Shown here one piece after another: positions 1 through 8,636 of a stretch of DNA of 24,606 nt. Location: positions 1-24,606 of the forward strand of contig JBIKWW010000001.1 of NCBI GenBank assembly GCA_044356125.1, in the 5' to 3' direction. A model generated the notes under the pieces. That model made no database searches. It was not told the origin of the DNA and worked only from the letters and a program-made list of their open reading frames with translations. Source of the stretch: Acidimicrobiia bacterium (GTDB lineage Bacteria; Actinomycetota; Acidimicrobiia; Acidimicrobiales; JANYDT01). Position numbers and translations under genes: made by a program. The stretch's first letter is position 1; the number at the start of each line of letters is the position of its first letter.

Positions 1-1
1 G

Positions 2-667
2 CTCCACACGGTCGATCTCTGGACGAGCCACGAAGCGCTCCTGCTCGGCTACGAGGAGGCCCTCACCCGCCAGGACTCGCTCACCGGGGACTGGTACGAC
101 TGCTCGGCGCACATGCTGTGGATCGGGGAGCGCACCCGCCAACTCGACCACGCCCATGTCGAGTTCCTGCGCGGCGTGGGCAACCCGCTCGGGTGCAAGG
201 TCGGCCCCTCGGCGTCGGCCGACGACGTGATCGGTCTGTGCGAAGCGCTCAACCCGGCACGGGTCCCCGGTCGGCTCACGCTGATCAGCCGCATGGGGGC
301 GGGCAAGGTCCGGGCCGCGCTCCCGCCGCTGCTGGCGGCCGTGCGCGACAGCGGCCATCCGGTCGTGTGGGCCTGCGACCCCTGCCACGGGAACACCTTC
401 GCCGCCGCGTCCGGCCACAAGACCCGTCGGTTCGACGACGTGCTGGCCGAGGTGGAGGGGTTCTTCTCGGTGTGCCGGGCCGAGGGCGTGCACCCCGGCG
501 GCCTGCACCTCGAGCTGACCGGCGAGAACGTCACGGAGTGCCTGGGCGGGGCCGACGAGGTCACCGATGACGCCCTGGGATCGCGCTACGAGACGATCTG
601 CGACCCCCGTCTGAACGGCCGCCAGAGCCTCGATCTCGCCTTCCGGGCCTCCGAGCTCCTGCGCTGA
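2..667 (+). CDS. Class II 3-deoxy-D-arabino-heptulosonate 7-phosphate (DAHP) synthase, 5'-truncated by the window edge
   Basis: Frame is open from base 2 ([23 protein letters not shown]...[19 protein letters not shown]). Class II motifs: [42 protein letters not shown]. Confidence 0.95.
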   Translation, partial: LHTVDLWTSHEALLLGYEEALTRQDSLTGDWYDCSAHMLWIGERTRQLDHAHVEFLRGVGNPLGCKVGPSASADDVIGLCEALNPARVPGRLTLISRMGAGKVRAALPPLLAAVRDSGHPVVWACDPCHGNTFAAASGHKTRRFDDVLAEVEGFFSVCRAEGVHPGGLHLELTGENVTECLGGADEVTDDALGSRYETICDPRLNGRQSLDLAFRASELLR

Positions 668-742
668 ACCGCCCGCCGGGACGGCGCCCCCCGTCACCGG
701 GTTGGCTTCAGATCAGGGGCGTTCCTGCCGAATGGTGGGTTC

Positions 743-2587
743 ATGTCGCCGCGCAACAGGGAACTGGGCAGCCAGGACACCCTCATCGCGGCGGCCTTCC
801 GCAGCGCCAGGATGGGCCTGGCCGTCGTGACCTCGGGTGGCCGTCTCGTGCTCGTGAACCCGGCGATGGCCGAAGTGGCCGGCCGCAGCGAGGACGAGCT
901 GGTCCGCATGCAGGTCCACGAGCTCTTCGAGGGCGCCAACCGCGACATCGTCAGCGACCGGCTGCGCCGGACGGCCCGCGGCGACCACGGTTTCGAGACC
1001 CGGGCCATGCTGCTACGAGCCGACGGGCAGGCCGTGCCCGTGTTCGTGGCCGTCGACGGCGTGCCGACCCGGGAGGGTTCGTTGCACTTCGCGGTGTGCC
1101 AGGTCGTGGACCTGAGCGCGACGGTGGCGCTCGAGGACGCGCTCGCCGACGCCGAGGCCCGCCACGTGAACGAGCTGCGGCGCCAGGCCACCACCGACGA
1201 GCTCACCGGCCTGCCCAACCGCACCGTCGCCCGCCACCGCCTGGAGGAGGCGCTGGAGGACGCCGCCGCCGGCCTCGGAGGTGTCGCCGTCGCCATGTGC
1301 GACATCGACCACTTCAAGGTCGTCAACGACTCCTACGGCCACAGCTTCGGCGACGACCTGCTGGCCGCCGTCGGCCGCTTCCTGGCCGAGGGACTGGCCG
1401 CCACCCGGGACGAGAACGCGAAGGGCCCCGCCGCGAACGTGGGCAGCAGCATCATCAGCAGCACCGCGGAGGATCGTCGCTCCGGGGCCTCCCGGCGCGG
1501 CGAGGAGATCGTGGCCCGGTTCGGCGGAGACGAGTTCGTCGTCGTGATGCGCGACGTCGACGACGCTCAGGTGGCCCGGCGGCGCCTGTCGGACATGGTC
1601 AAGCTGGCCGGCGGCCAGGTGCAGGTCCTCGACCGGTCGCTGGGGGTGACGGTGAGCGGCGGTCTGCTCCACGTGCCCTCCGGGTTCCGGATCGCCCCGG
1701 CCGACGCCGTCGCCGGAGCCGACGCTGCGCTCTACGAGGCCAAGCGCCGCGGCCGCGACCGGGTCGAGCTGTTCGACGTGCCCATGCGCGCCGCGGCGAT
1801 CACCGAGGCCGAGATGGCCGGAGCGCTGCGGGGAGCGCTCGAGCGCTCCGCCATCTCCTGCGCCTACCAGCCGATCGTCGACGCCGAGGGTCGCACGCAC
1901 CACGTCGAGGCGCTGGCCCGGTGGGTCAGCAACGGGATCAGCGTGCCGGCCATCGTGTTCATCTCCCTGGCCGAGCGGACCGGCCTGATCTCGCGCCTGG
2001 GCGACTCGGTGTTCGCCCGGGTGCTGTCCGACGTCGACGCCCTGCGCCGTCAGGGCCGCCGCATCCCGGTGGCCGTGAACGTGGCCGGGACCCAGCTCGA
2101 CGACGGGTTCGACGAGCGCCTCCTGGCCGGGCTGGAGGCCGCCGGGCTGCCTCCCGACCAGGTCCACCTGGAGATCACCGAGTCGAGCCTGGTCGACCTG
2201 GACCGGGCCCGGCGCCTGCTCGAGCGCCTGCGCGACGGTGGCATCGAACTGGCCATCGACGACTTCGGGACGGGCCACTCCTCCTTCGCCTACCTGCGCG
2301 ACCTCCCGGTGAGCACCGTCAAGCTCGACCGCAGCTTCATCGAGTCGATGGCCGAGCCCACGTCGAGGACCACCTCGGTCGTGGCCGGCATGATCGACCT
2401 GGTCCATCGGATGGGCCTGCAGGTCGTCGCCGAAGGGGTCGAACGTGCCGACCAGTTCGAGCTGCTGCGGTCCCTGGGCTGTGATCTGTTCCAGGGATAC
2501 CTGATCGCCCGGCCGGGCGCCCTGGCCGACGTCCCGGACCGCCTCACGGTACCCGGCTCGGCCGAACCCGCTCTCGCGCGGCCCTGA
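743..2587 (+). CDS. PAS-GGDEF-EAL cyclic di-GMP signalling protein (614 aa)
   Basis: N-terminal PAS (VNPAMAEVAGRSEDELV...RADG). GGDEF domain: DELTGLPNR, DIDHFKVVNDSYGH, ARFGGDEF. EAL domain: YQPIV, EALARW, LEITES, IDDFGTGHSS, KLDRSF, AEGVE, QGYL. No TM segment seen. Confidence 0.93.
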   Translation: MSPRNRELGSQDTLIAAAFRSARMGLAVVTSGGRLVLVNPAMAEVAGRSEDELVRMQVHELFEGANRDIVSDRLRRTARGDHGFETRAMLLRADGQAVPVFVAVDGVPTREGSLHFAVCQVVDLSATVALEDALADAEARHVNELRRQATTDELTGLPNRTVARHRLEEALEDAAAGLGGVAVAMCDIDHFKVVNDSYGHSFGDDLLAAVGRFLAEGLAATRDENAKGPAANVGSSIISSTAEDRRSGASRRGEEIVARFGGDEFVVVMRDVDDAQVARRRLSDMVKLAGGQVQVLDRSLGVTVSGGLLHVPSGFRIAPADAVAGADAALYEAKRRGRDRVELFDVPMRAAAITEAEMAGALRGALERSAISCAYQPIVDAEGRTHHVEALARWVSNGISVPAIVFISLAERTGLISRLGDSVFARVLSDVDALRRQGRRIPVAVNVAGTQLDDGFDERLLAGLEAAGLPPDQVHLEITESSLVDLDRARRLLERLRDGGIELAIDDFGTGHSSFAYLRDLPVSTVKLDRSFIESMAEPTSRTTSVVAGMIDLVHRMGLQVVAEGVERADQFELLRSLGCDLFQGYLIARPGALADVPDRLTVPGSAEPALARP

Positions 2588-2592
2588 CCCCC

Positions 2593-2620
2593 TGGCCGGG
2601 CCGGCCGTACCCGGCCCGGC
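2593..2620 (+). terminator. GC-rich inverted repeat just after the GGDEF-EAL stop codon, possible terminator
   Basis: GGCCGGGCCGG (2593-2603) / CCGGCCCGGCC (2610-2620), 11-bp stem with 6-nt loop. No U-tract. Confidence 0.45.
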
Positions 2621-2651
2621 CGGCCGTCACCTACCTGTCACCGGCGCTCCG

Positions 2652-2657
2652 TAGGGT
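2652..2657 (+). promoter_or_regulatory. Putative SigA-type -10 box (TAGGGT), leaderless promoter of the dGTPase gene
   Basis: TAGGGT lies 6 nt before ATG 2664 and matches the actinobacterial TANNNT consensus. Confidence 0.6.
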
Positions 2658-2663
2658 GGAGCC

Positions 2664-3854
2664 ATGTCCGCCGAGCCCAACCCGCCCCCGCTGGCCGACC
2701 CCGGCTGGCTCGACGCCTCGGAGCTCTCCGAGCGGGCCCGGGCGTGGGCGTCGACCATGCGGAGCCTGGCGGCGGGCGAGGGTCACGACCGCGTCGAGCA
2801 GGCCCATGCCGACACGCGGGCCCACCTGGGCCCCACCGGGGTGCGCCCCGTGCTGCGCGACGAGCGCGAGGCCGAGGAGGCCTCCTCCCTCGCTCCCGGC
2901 GCCACCCGGGCGGCCGGCGCCGGCCGCCGGGCCGTCGAGGAGCCGCCCGATCCGCTGCGCACCTGCTTCGAGCGCGACCGCGACCGGATCCTGCACTCGA
3001 CGGCATACCGGCGCCTGTCGGGCAAGACGCAGGTCTTCGTGTTCCCCACGGACCATCAACGGACCCGGCTCACCCACGCGCTCGAGGTGGCCCAGGTGGC
3101 GCGCTCGGTGGCCCAGAGCGTGCGGGCCAACGTGGCGCTGACCGAGGCCATCGCGCTCGGCCACGACTGCGGGCACGGCCCCGGGGGCCACGCCAGCGAG
3201 GATGCGCTGTCGCCCTTCGTCGACGGTGGGTACGACCATGCCGTGTGGGGCGCCGATGTGGTGCTGGCGCCGCTCAACCTCTGCACCGAGACGCTCGACG
3301 GCATCCGCAACCACTCGTGGTCGCGCCCGGCTCCGGCGACGGTCGAGGGCGAGATCGTGAGCTGGGCGGACCGCATCGCCTACGTCTGCCACGACTTCGA
3401 GGACGCCGTCTCGAGCGGGATCGTCGCCCCGCAGGACCTGCCTCCGCTGGTGGCCGAGCGGTGCGGCACCCGCCGTTCGCAGCAGCTCAACGCCTTCATC
3501 CGGGCCCTGGTGGCCACCGCGGCCCGCACGGGCCGGGTGGGGATGGACGCCGAGACGGCCGAGGCCCTGGCCGCCTTCCGCCGCTTCAACTACGAGCGCA
3601 TCTACCTGCGCCCGGAGTCGCGCGACCAGGCCCGGCTCGTCCACGAGGTCATCAGCGCCCTGGTGGAGCGCTACGCGGCGGAGCCGACCCTGGTCCCGGC
3701 GTCGCACGCCTCGGCCGATCTGCTCGCCCACTCGACCGCCAGCTACCGGGCGGCGGTCGTGTACGTCGGCGGCATGACCGACCGCTTCGCCTTCGACCAG
3801 GCGGCAGCGCTGCTCGGCTGGCCCGCCGAGCGCATCCCCCGGGGCGTGCGCTGA
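2664..3854 (+). CDS. dgt: HD-domain deoxyguanosinetriphosphate triphosphohydrolase-like protein (396 aa)
   Basis: FERDRDRILHS, RRLSGKTQVF, RTRLTHALEV, GHDCGHGPGGH, ADRIAYVCHDFEDA, and C-terminal YVGGMTDRFA. Confidence 0.88.
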   Translation: MSAEPNPPPLADPGWLDASELSERARAWASTMRSLAAGEGHDRVEQAHADTRAHLGPTGVRPVLRDEREAEEASSLAPGATRAAGAGRRAVEEPPDPLRTCFERDRDRILHSTAYRRLSGKTQVFVFPTDHQRTRLTHALEVAQVARSVAQSVRANVALTEAIALGHDCGHGPGGHASEDALSPFVDGGYDHAVWGADVVLAPLNLCTETLDGIRNHSWSRPAPATVEGEIVSWADRIAYVCHDFEDAVSSGIVAPQDLPPLVAERCGTRRSQQLNAFIRALVATAARTGRVGMDAETAEALAAFRRFNYERIYLRPESRDQARLVHEVISALVERYAAEPTLVPASHASADLLAHSTASYRAAVVYVGGMTDRFAFDQAAALLGWPAERIPRGVR

Positions 3855-3870
3855 GCCCACGGGCCGGGGG

Positions 3871-3876
3871 TAGGTT
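3871..3876 (+). promoter_or_regulatory. Putative -10 box (TAGGTT), leaderless promoter
   Basis: TAGGTT lies 6 nt before GTG 3883. Confidence 0.55.
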
Positions 3877-3882
3877 GCCGAC

Positions 3883-4368
3883 GTGTCGCGCATTGCCTTC
3901 TCCGACGCCGTCGTGGCGATCCGCTCCCTGCCCCGCCGGTTCAGCGAGGTGCTGAGCGGCCCACCCGGTGACGACGCCTGGGACCGCATCGTCCGGGCTG
4001 AGACGGGCACCCCGCCCCGGTCGGCCCTGGCCTGGGCGGCCGCCGCCGGCGCGCTGATGGCCGGGTTGGCCGACGTCCTCGAGGCGCTCCCCCACCGGTC
4101 GTCCCCGGCGCTCGACCTGCGCGACGAGGCCGCCTCCAGCTACCGCCAGGATCCGGCCACGACCGTGGCCGACGTGCTCGCCACCTTGCGGGCCGTCGCC
4201 ACCCGCGCTGCCGACGCGCTGGCTGCCCGGCGGCCCGAGGACGCCGAACGCATGGTGGTCGTCGACGACCGCCAGCAGCGGCTCGACGACGTGGTGTCGC
4301 AGCTCGTCACCGAAGCCACCGGGGCCATCCGCCGGGCCGCGGAGGCCGTGGAGGCCGCCACCCGCTGA
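3883..4368 (+). CDS. Small all-helical hypothetical protein, possibly DinB/YfiT-like fold (161 aa)
   Basis: Fills the gap between dgt and the convergent vWA gene and has its own -10 box. The helical amphipathic pattern recalls DinB-like proteins, but only one His is present. Fold call is weak. Confidence 0.6.
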   Translation: MSRIAFSDAVVAIRSLPRRFSEVLSGPPGDDAWDRIVRAETGTPPRSALAWAAAAGALMAGLADVLEALPHRSSPALDLRDEAASSYRQDPATTVADVLATLRAVATRAADALAARRPEDAERMVVVDDRQQRLDDVVSQLVTEATGAIRRAAEAVEAATR

Positions 4369-4384
4369 GGGTGGCGGTCCCGGC

Positions 4385-5815
4385 TCAGGCGAGCAGATCG
4401 ACGAAGCGCTCCAACTGGCGCAGGTTGCGGCACTCGTAGGCGCCGTCGGTGTGGGTCGCGTACTCGGTGAGGATGGAGTCGCCCGTGTCCCAGTAGCTGC
4501 GCGGCTCGGGGTTCAGCCAGTACACGTGGCGGGCCCGCTTGGCGATCTCCTTCACGACCCACGCCTGGGAGGCGTGGTAGTTGTTCCGGGCGTCGCCGAG
4601 CAGCAGCACGGTGGTCTTCGGGGTGATCTCCTTGCCCCACTTGGACCAGAACACCTCGAAGGCGTGGCCGTAGTCGGAGTGGCCGTCCACCCAGATCACG
4701 TCGGCCTCGGTGTTCACCTTGTGGATGGCCTCGGTGATGTCCTCGCAGTTCTCGAAGTACTTGGTGACCTCGTCGATGCCGTCGATGAACACGAAGCTGC
4801 GCACCTTCGAGAACTGGCCCTGGATGGCGTAGACGAGCTGCAGGGTGAAGCGGGCGAACGCCGCCACCGAACCCGAGATGTCGGCCACGACCATGATCTC
4901 GGGCTTGTTGGGACGGGGGTTCTTGAACACGGGCTCGGCGGGGACACCGCCGTAGCTGAGGGAGTGGCGGACGGTGCGGCGGAAGTCGAGCGGGCCCTTG
5001 CGCTTGTGACGGCGCTTGCGGGCCAGGCGCACGGCCAGCTTGCGCGTGAGGGGTTGGATGGCCTTGCGCAGCTGCACCATCTCCTCACGCGTGGCGTGCA
5101 TGAAGTCGACGTCTTCGGGCAGCGGCTTGCGCAGCGTCTTGGCCATGGCCTCGGCCCCGCGGTCGGCCACCAGCCGGCGACGGATCTCGGCCTCGATCTC
5201 CTGGCGCAGCTTCTGGATGCGGTCCTCGTACTCGTCGCGCTCGAGACGCTCCTCGAGCTCGGTGAGCTCGCCACCGGCCTGCTGCTTGGACGCGTCCATC
5301 AGCTTCTCGAGCATGCCCTCGAGATCGAGGTTGCGCAGCGTGCGGTACAGGTAGTAGGTGCCGCCGACGGGACGCCCCGGCTCCATGCCGCTGAAGCGCT
5401 TGACGGCTGCCTTGGCCAGGGCCTTCATCATCGCGTCGTCGGCGTTGAGGAGGGCCTGGTAGAGCATCTGGGCCAGCTCTTCGGGGGTGAGCCCTTCGAG
5501 CCCCCCGCCCTCGGCGGGCTGGCCTTCCTGGCCCTCGAGCATCATGGCCATCTCGCGGGCGGCGTCGTCGGCACCGTCCTCGCCGATGCGGTACTCGGCG
5601 CCGCGCATCGAGAAGTACACCTCGAAGACCGTGTCGAAGGCCTTCCAGTGCGCCTGGTTCTTGACGAGCGTGCAGGCCAGGGCCGCCTTGAAGGCGCCGC
5701 GGTCCTCGAGCGGGATCTCGCGGACGGCCGACATGGCGTCGAGGTTCTCGGTGAGCGAGACGGGGATCCCGGCGGCGCGCAGCTCGCCGATGAAGCCGTT
5801 GAGGAGCTTGAGCAT
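4385..5815 (-). CDS. CoxE-like vWA-domain protein, partner of the MoxR ATPase (476 aa)
   Basis: N-terminal FIGELRAAGIPVS, LDFRRTVRHSLSYGG, MIDAS-type ADISGSV, GHSDYG, LLLGDARNN, WLNPEP. Confidence 0.9.
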   Translation of the reverse strand: MLKLLNGFIGELRAAGIPVSLTENLDAMSAVREIPLEDRGAFKAALACTLVKNQAHWKAFDTVFEVYFSMRGAEYRIGEDGADDAAREMAMMLEGQEGQPAEGGGLEGLTPEELAQMLYQALLNADDAMMKALAKAAVKRFSGMEPGRPVGGTYYLYRTLRNLDLEGMLEKLMDASKQQAGGELTELEERLERDEYEDRIQKLRQEIEAEIRRRLVADRGAEAMAKTLRKPLPEDVDFMHATREEMVQLRKAIQPLTRKLAVRLARKRRHKRKGPLDFRRTVRHSLSYGGVPAEPVFKNPRPNKPEIMVVADISGSVAAFARFTLQLVYAIQGQFSKVRSFVFIDGIDEVTKYFENCEDITEAIHKVNTEADVIWVDGHSDYGHAFEVFWSKWGKEITPKTTVLLLGDARNNYHASQAWVVKEIAKRARHVYWLNPEPRSYWDTGDSILTEYATHTDGAYECRNLRQLERFVDLLA

Positions 5816-5828
5816 GGGCGGGCCCCGA

Positions 5829-6710
5829 CTACTTGTCGACGGCCAGTTCCTTGGCGGCCTTGGCGATGTCGGTCTGGTACTTCAGCAGGATGTGGAGCGT
5901 CTCCTTGGCGACCTGGGGGTCAATCTCGGACACGCCGAGCAGCACGAGCGTGCGGGCCCAGTCGAGGGTCTCGGAGACCGACGGGCTCTTCTTCAGCTCG
6001 ATCTGGCGGATGGAGCGGACGATGCGCACGATCTGGTCGGCGAGGTGCTCGTTCACGTCGGGCACCCGGGTGAGCACGATCTCCTTCTCGCGGTCCATCT
6101 GCGGGTAGTCGATGTGCAGGAACAGGCACCGGCGCTTGAGGGCCTCGGAGAGCTCCCGGGTGTTGTTGGAGGTGAGGAACACCAGCGGGATCTGCTTGGC
6201 CTGCACGGTGCCGAGCTCGGGGATCGAGACCTGGTAGTCGGAGAGGATCTCGAGGAGCAGGGCCTCGGTCTCCACCTCCACGCGGTCGACCTCGTCGATC
6301 AGCAGCACCACGGGCTCGTCGGAGCGGATGGCCTCGAGGAGGGGCCGGGTGAGGAGGAAGTCCTCGCTGAAGATGTCATCCTCGATCTGGGTCCAGGTCC
6401 CGGCCTGCTCGTCCATGACCCGCTGGGCCTGGATGCGCAGGAGCTGCTTCTTGTAGTTCCACTCGTAGAGGGCCTTGGCCTCGTCGAGCCCCTCGTAGCA
6501 CTGCAGGCGGATGAGCCGGGAGTTGGTCATCCGGGCGACGGACTTGGCCAGCTCGGTCTTGCCGGTGCCGGCCGGGCCCTCGACGAGGATGGGCTTGCCC
6601 AGGCGGTCGGCCAGGAACACGACCCCGGCGATGACGTCGTCGGCGAGGTAGTTGACCGACCGGAGCTGGTCCCTGACGACCTGCGGGCTGTCGAAGCGGG
6701 GGTTGGACAC
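5829..6710 (-). CDS. MoxR-family (CoxD-like) AAA+ ATPase (293 aa)
   Basis: True start GTG 6710 with AGGAG (6723-6719) 8 nt upstream; the 667-aa track ORF is an upstream artefact. Walker A GPAGTGKT, LQCYEGLD, ALYEWNY, Walker B LLIDEVD, TSNNTRELSEALKRRC. Confidence 0.93.
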   Translation of the reverse strand: MSNPRFDSPQVVRDQLRSVNYLADDVIAGVVFLADRLGKPILVEGPAGTGKTELAKSVARMTNSRLIRLQCYEGLDEAKALYEWNYKKQLLRIQAQRVMDEQAGTWTQIEDDIFSEDFLLTRPLLEAIRSDEPVVLLIDEVDRVEVETEALLLEILSDYQVSIPELGTVQAKQIPLVFLTSNNTRELSEALKRRCLFLHIDYPQMDREKEIVLTRVPDVNEHLADQIVRIVRSIRQIELKKSPSVSETLDWARTLVLLGVSEIDPQVAKETLHILLKYQTDIAKAAKELAVDK

Positions 6711-6781
6711 GGATGGGACTCCTGGATGGGCTGGCACGCACGCCGCTGCACGGGCGCCGGGTGGTGGGAACGGCTCCGAGC

Positions 6782-6787
6782 ACCCTA
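6782..6787 (-). promoter_or_regulatory. Putative -10 box (TAGGGT) for the moxR-vWA operon
   Basis: TAGGGT on the - strand about 70 nt upstream of GTG 6710, followed by a leader containing an SD. Confidence 0.5.
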
Positions 6788-6840
6788 GGCGCTGGCCGAC
6801 GGCGGGAAACAAGTGATCCCGGCCAGCCCGGTTCGACCGC

Positions 6841-6913
6841 AGCGACGGGAGCGACGGGAGTGACGGGAGTGCCGGGGAGCCCGGGGAGCCCGGGGAGCCC
6901 GGGGAGCCCGGGG
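6841..6913. repeat. Intergenic ~9-bp tandem repeat array (about 8 degenerate units)
   Basis: AGCGACGGG x2, AGTGACGGG, AGTGCCGGGG, then AGCCCGGGG x4. Confidence 0.9.
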
Positions 6914-6932
6914 AGAGCGGAGGCCACGCGGC

Positions 6933-6960
6933 GGAGCCCGCCCCCGAAGGGACGGGCTCC
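6933..6960. terminator. Inverted repeat downstream of the SBP gene
   Basis: GGAGCCCG (6933-6940) / CGGGCTCC (6953-6960), extendable with CCC/GGG. Confidence 0.4.
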
Positions 6961-6989
6961 GTGACCGGCTGATAGGGCCGGAGTGTGGT

Positions 6990-7015
6990 GAGGACGGGAC
7001 CGGGGCCCCGTCCTC
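6990..7015 (-). terminator. Likely terminator hairpin of the ABC operon
   Basis: GAGGACGGG (6990-6998) / CCCGTCCTC (7007-7015), 9 nt beyond the stop codon at 7025. Confidence 0.55.
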
Positions 7016-7024
7016 CCGCCAGGC

Positions 7025-8455
7025 TCAGCGCTTGTAGGCCTTGGCGGCGGCCGAGTTGTAGGGCTTGATGAGCAACAGGCCGCCGGGGGTGGCGATGTCG
7101 ACCTTCATGATGTAGGTGTCGGTCGGAGGGACCCGCTGGGCCGGGGTGACGTAGTTCCACTCCGGGTACATGCCGCCCAGACTGACCCGGCCGAGGTTGG
7201 CCATGGCCTTCTTCATGCCGTCGGGCGAGAGGTCGCCGAGGGAGACGGCCTTCTCCAGCAGCGCCACGACCGTCTTGGCCTGGGCCCAGCCCCACTCGGT
7301 GGCCGGGTTCACGTTGCCCAGGTACTCGGGGGCGTACTTCTTGATGTCGTCCATGTGCTCGCGCATGCCGGGGATCGACGTGTCGCCCCACTGGGCGCCG
7401 TCGATGGCCACGATGACCTGCTTGCCGAACAGCGCCGAGTTCTCCGGAGTGACGCGCCGGGAGGCGAACGACGGGGCCGCCGACAGCATGATCGGGTTGT
7501 ACCCGATCTTGTCCATCGACGTCAGCAGCGGCGGCATGTGCGCCTCGCCGGAGATGGTGTTGGACACGGCGTCGCACCCGGCGTTCTTCAGCTGCTGGGC
7601 CGTGGCGTCGGCGGTCGTGAAACGGATCTTGGGGCCGGCGTTGAACTTGAAGGTTGCCGCTGCGTAGTCGAAGCCCTCCTCGCCGGTCACGCCGTAGGGG
7701 TTGGGGGCGATGGACAGCGAGCAGATCCGCTTGCCGGCGCCGCCACCCTCCTTGATGTACCAGTCGATGGCGTTGATGATCTGCGTCTGGTACGTGGCCC
7801 CGACGGGCAGCCACTGCTCGCCCACGACCCACTCGAAGTCGAGCGAGATCGGGGAGGCGATGAGGTTGGCCTGCTTGAGCGGATCACGCAGGGCCTGGGC
7901 GACGGGCGTGCCGTACACCTGACCGACGAGGGCGATGTTGTCCTTCATCTCGGCGAGCGCCTTGGCCGCCTCGCCGGCGTCGTAGTAGGTCTCCTTGAAG
8001 ACCGTGTCGATCTTGTACTTGCCGGCGATGCCGCCGGCGTCGTTCACCCGCGAGATGAAGGAGTTGTAGCCCGCCGTCAGGGCCTTGCCGCCGTCGGCGA
8101 ACAGCGCGCTGGACGGGAACGAGGCGTTGGTCGACACGTTGCCGATGTAGCCGACCTTGATGGTCTTGCCGTCGAAGCCACGGGCCGGGGCGAGGGCGGC
8201 GGGAGCCGCGGGCGTGGCCGCCGCGCTGCCCGAGCCCGACGACGCCGCGGCCGTCGTGGGCGCCGCTGCCGCAGCGGCCTTGCGGTAGACGCGCTTGGCG
8301 CCTTCCCTGACGCAGGTGAGGCCGTCTTTGACCTCACCGAGTTTGGTGCAGCGCTGACCGGCCTTGACGGCCGCCGACGCCTGCAGCGTCGGGATGGCCA
8401 TCGTGGCGACGGCAACGGCGGCGGTGGCGCCGACGATGCGGATCGGACGAATCAT
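7025..8455 (-). CDS. LivK-like (type I PBP fold) ABC substrate-binding protein with an N-terminal two-Cys module (476 aa)
   Basis: Signal peptide ending ASA|A, no lipobox. Ala/Pro/Ser linker, then GFDGKTIKVG, VNDAGGIAG, GQVYGTP, EWGWAQA. Last gene of a livFGHM operon. Confidence 0.88.
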   Translation of the reverse strand: MIRPIRIVGATAAVAVATMAIPTLQASAAVKAGQRCTKLGEVKDGLTCVREGAKRVYRKAAAAAAPTTAAASSGSGSAAATPAAPAALAPARGFDGKTIKVGYIGNVSTNASFPSSALFADGGKALTAGYNSFISRVNDAGGIAGKYKIDTVFKETYYDAGEAAKALAEMKDNIALVGQVYGTPVAQALRDPLKQANLIASPISLDFEWVVGEQWLPVGATYQTQIINAIDWYIKEGGGAGKRICSLSIAPNPYGVTGEEGFDYAAATFKFNAGPKIRFTTADATAQQLKNAGCDAVSNTISGEAHMPPLLTSMDKIGYNPIMLSAAPSFASRRVTPENSALFGKQVIVAIDGAQWGDTSIPGMREHMDDIKKYAPEYLGNVNPATEWGWAQAKTVVALLEKAVSLGDLSPDGMKKAMANLGRVSLGGMYPEWNYVTPAQRVPPTDTYIMKVDIATPGGLLLIKPYNSAAAKAYKR

Positions 8456-8564
8456 GGAGATGCCCCCTGAAGGCTGGATGGGATTCGAGGTCCCGGGCTG
8501 GGCCCGGCCCGCCCGGGACCGGGCGGGTGTGGTCGGGACGGTCCCCGCTTGGTCGGGGCCAGCA

Positions 8565-8580
8565 CGTGACCGACGTCACG
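8565..8580. promoter_or_regulatory. Palindromic operator-like site CGTGA-N6-TCACG (CRP/GlxR-like box)
   Basis: CGTGACCGACGTCACG in the 181-nt livM-livK gap, about 110 nt upstream of the SBP start. Confidence 0.5.
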
Positions 8581-8636
8581 GGCTGCCGTGCATTCTGGCA
8601 CAGCGTCGGTCGGGTTCGACGATGAGGTCGGTTCAG

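Noticed and set aside
2664-3854. dGTPase as an antiphage defence gene
   Set aside because: It is a short housekeeping-type Dgt protein in a non-mobile context with no defence genes nearby; nothing in the sequence supports a defence role.
4385-6710. CO dehydrogenase (cox) cluster
   Set aside because: Only the CoxD/CoxE-like accessory pair is present; there are no coxL, coxM, coxS or coxG genes.
5829-7832. 667-aa ORF suggesting a large N-terminally extended MoxR
   Set aside because: The upstream part is an alternative frame of the SBP gene and the repeat array. A GTG with SD at 6710 gives a normal 293-aa MoxR.
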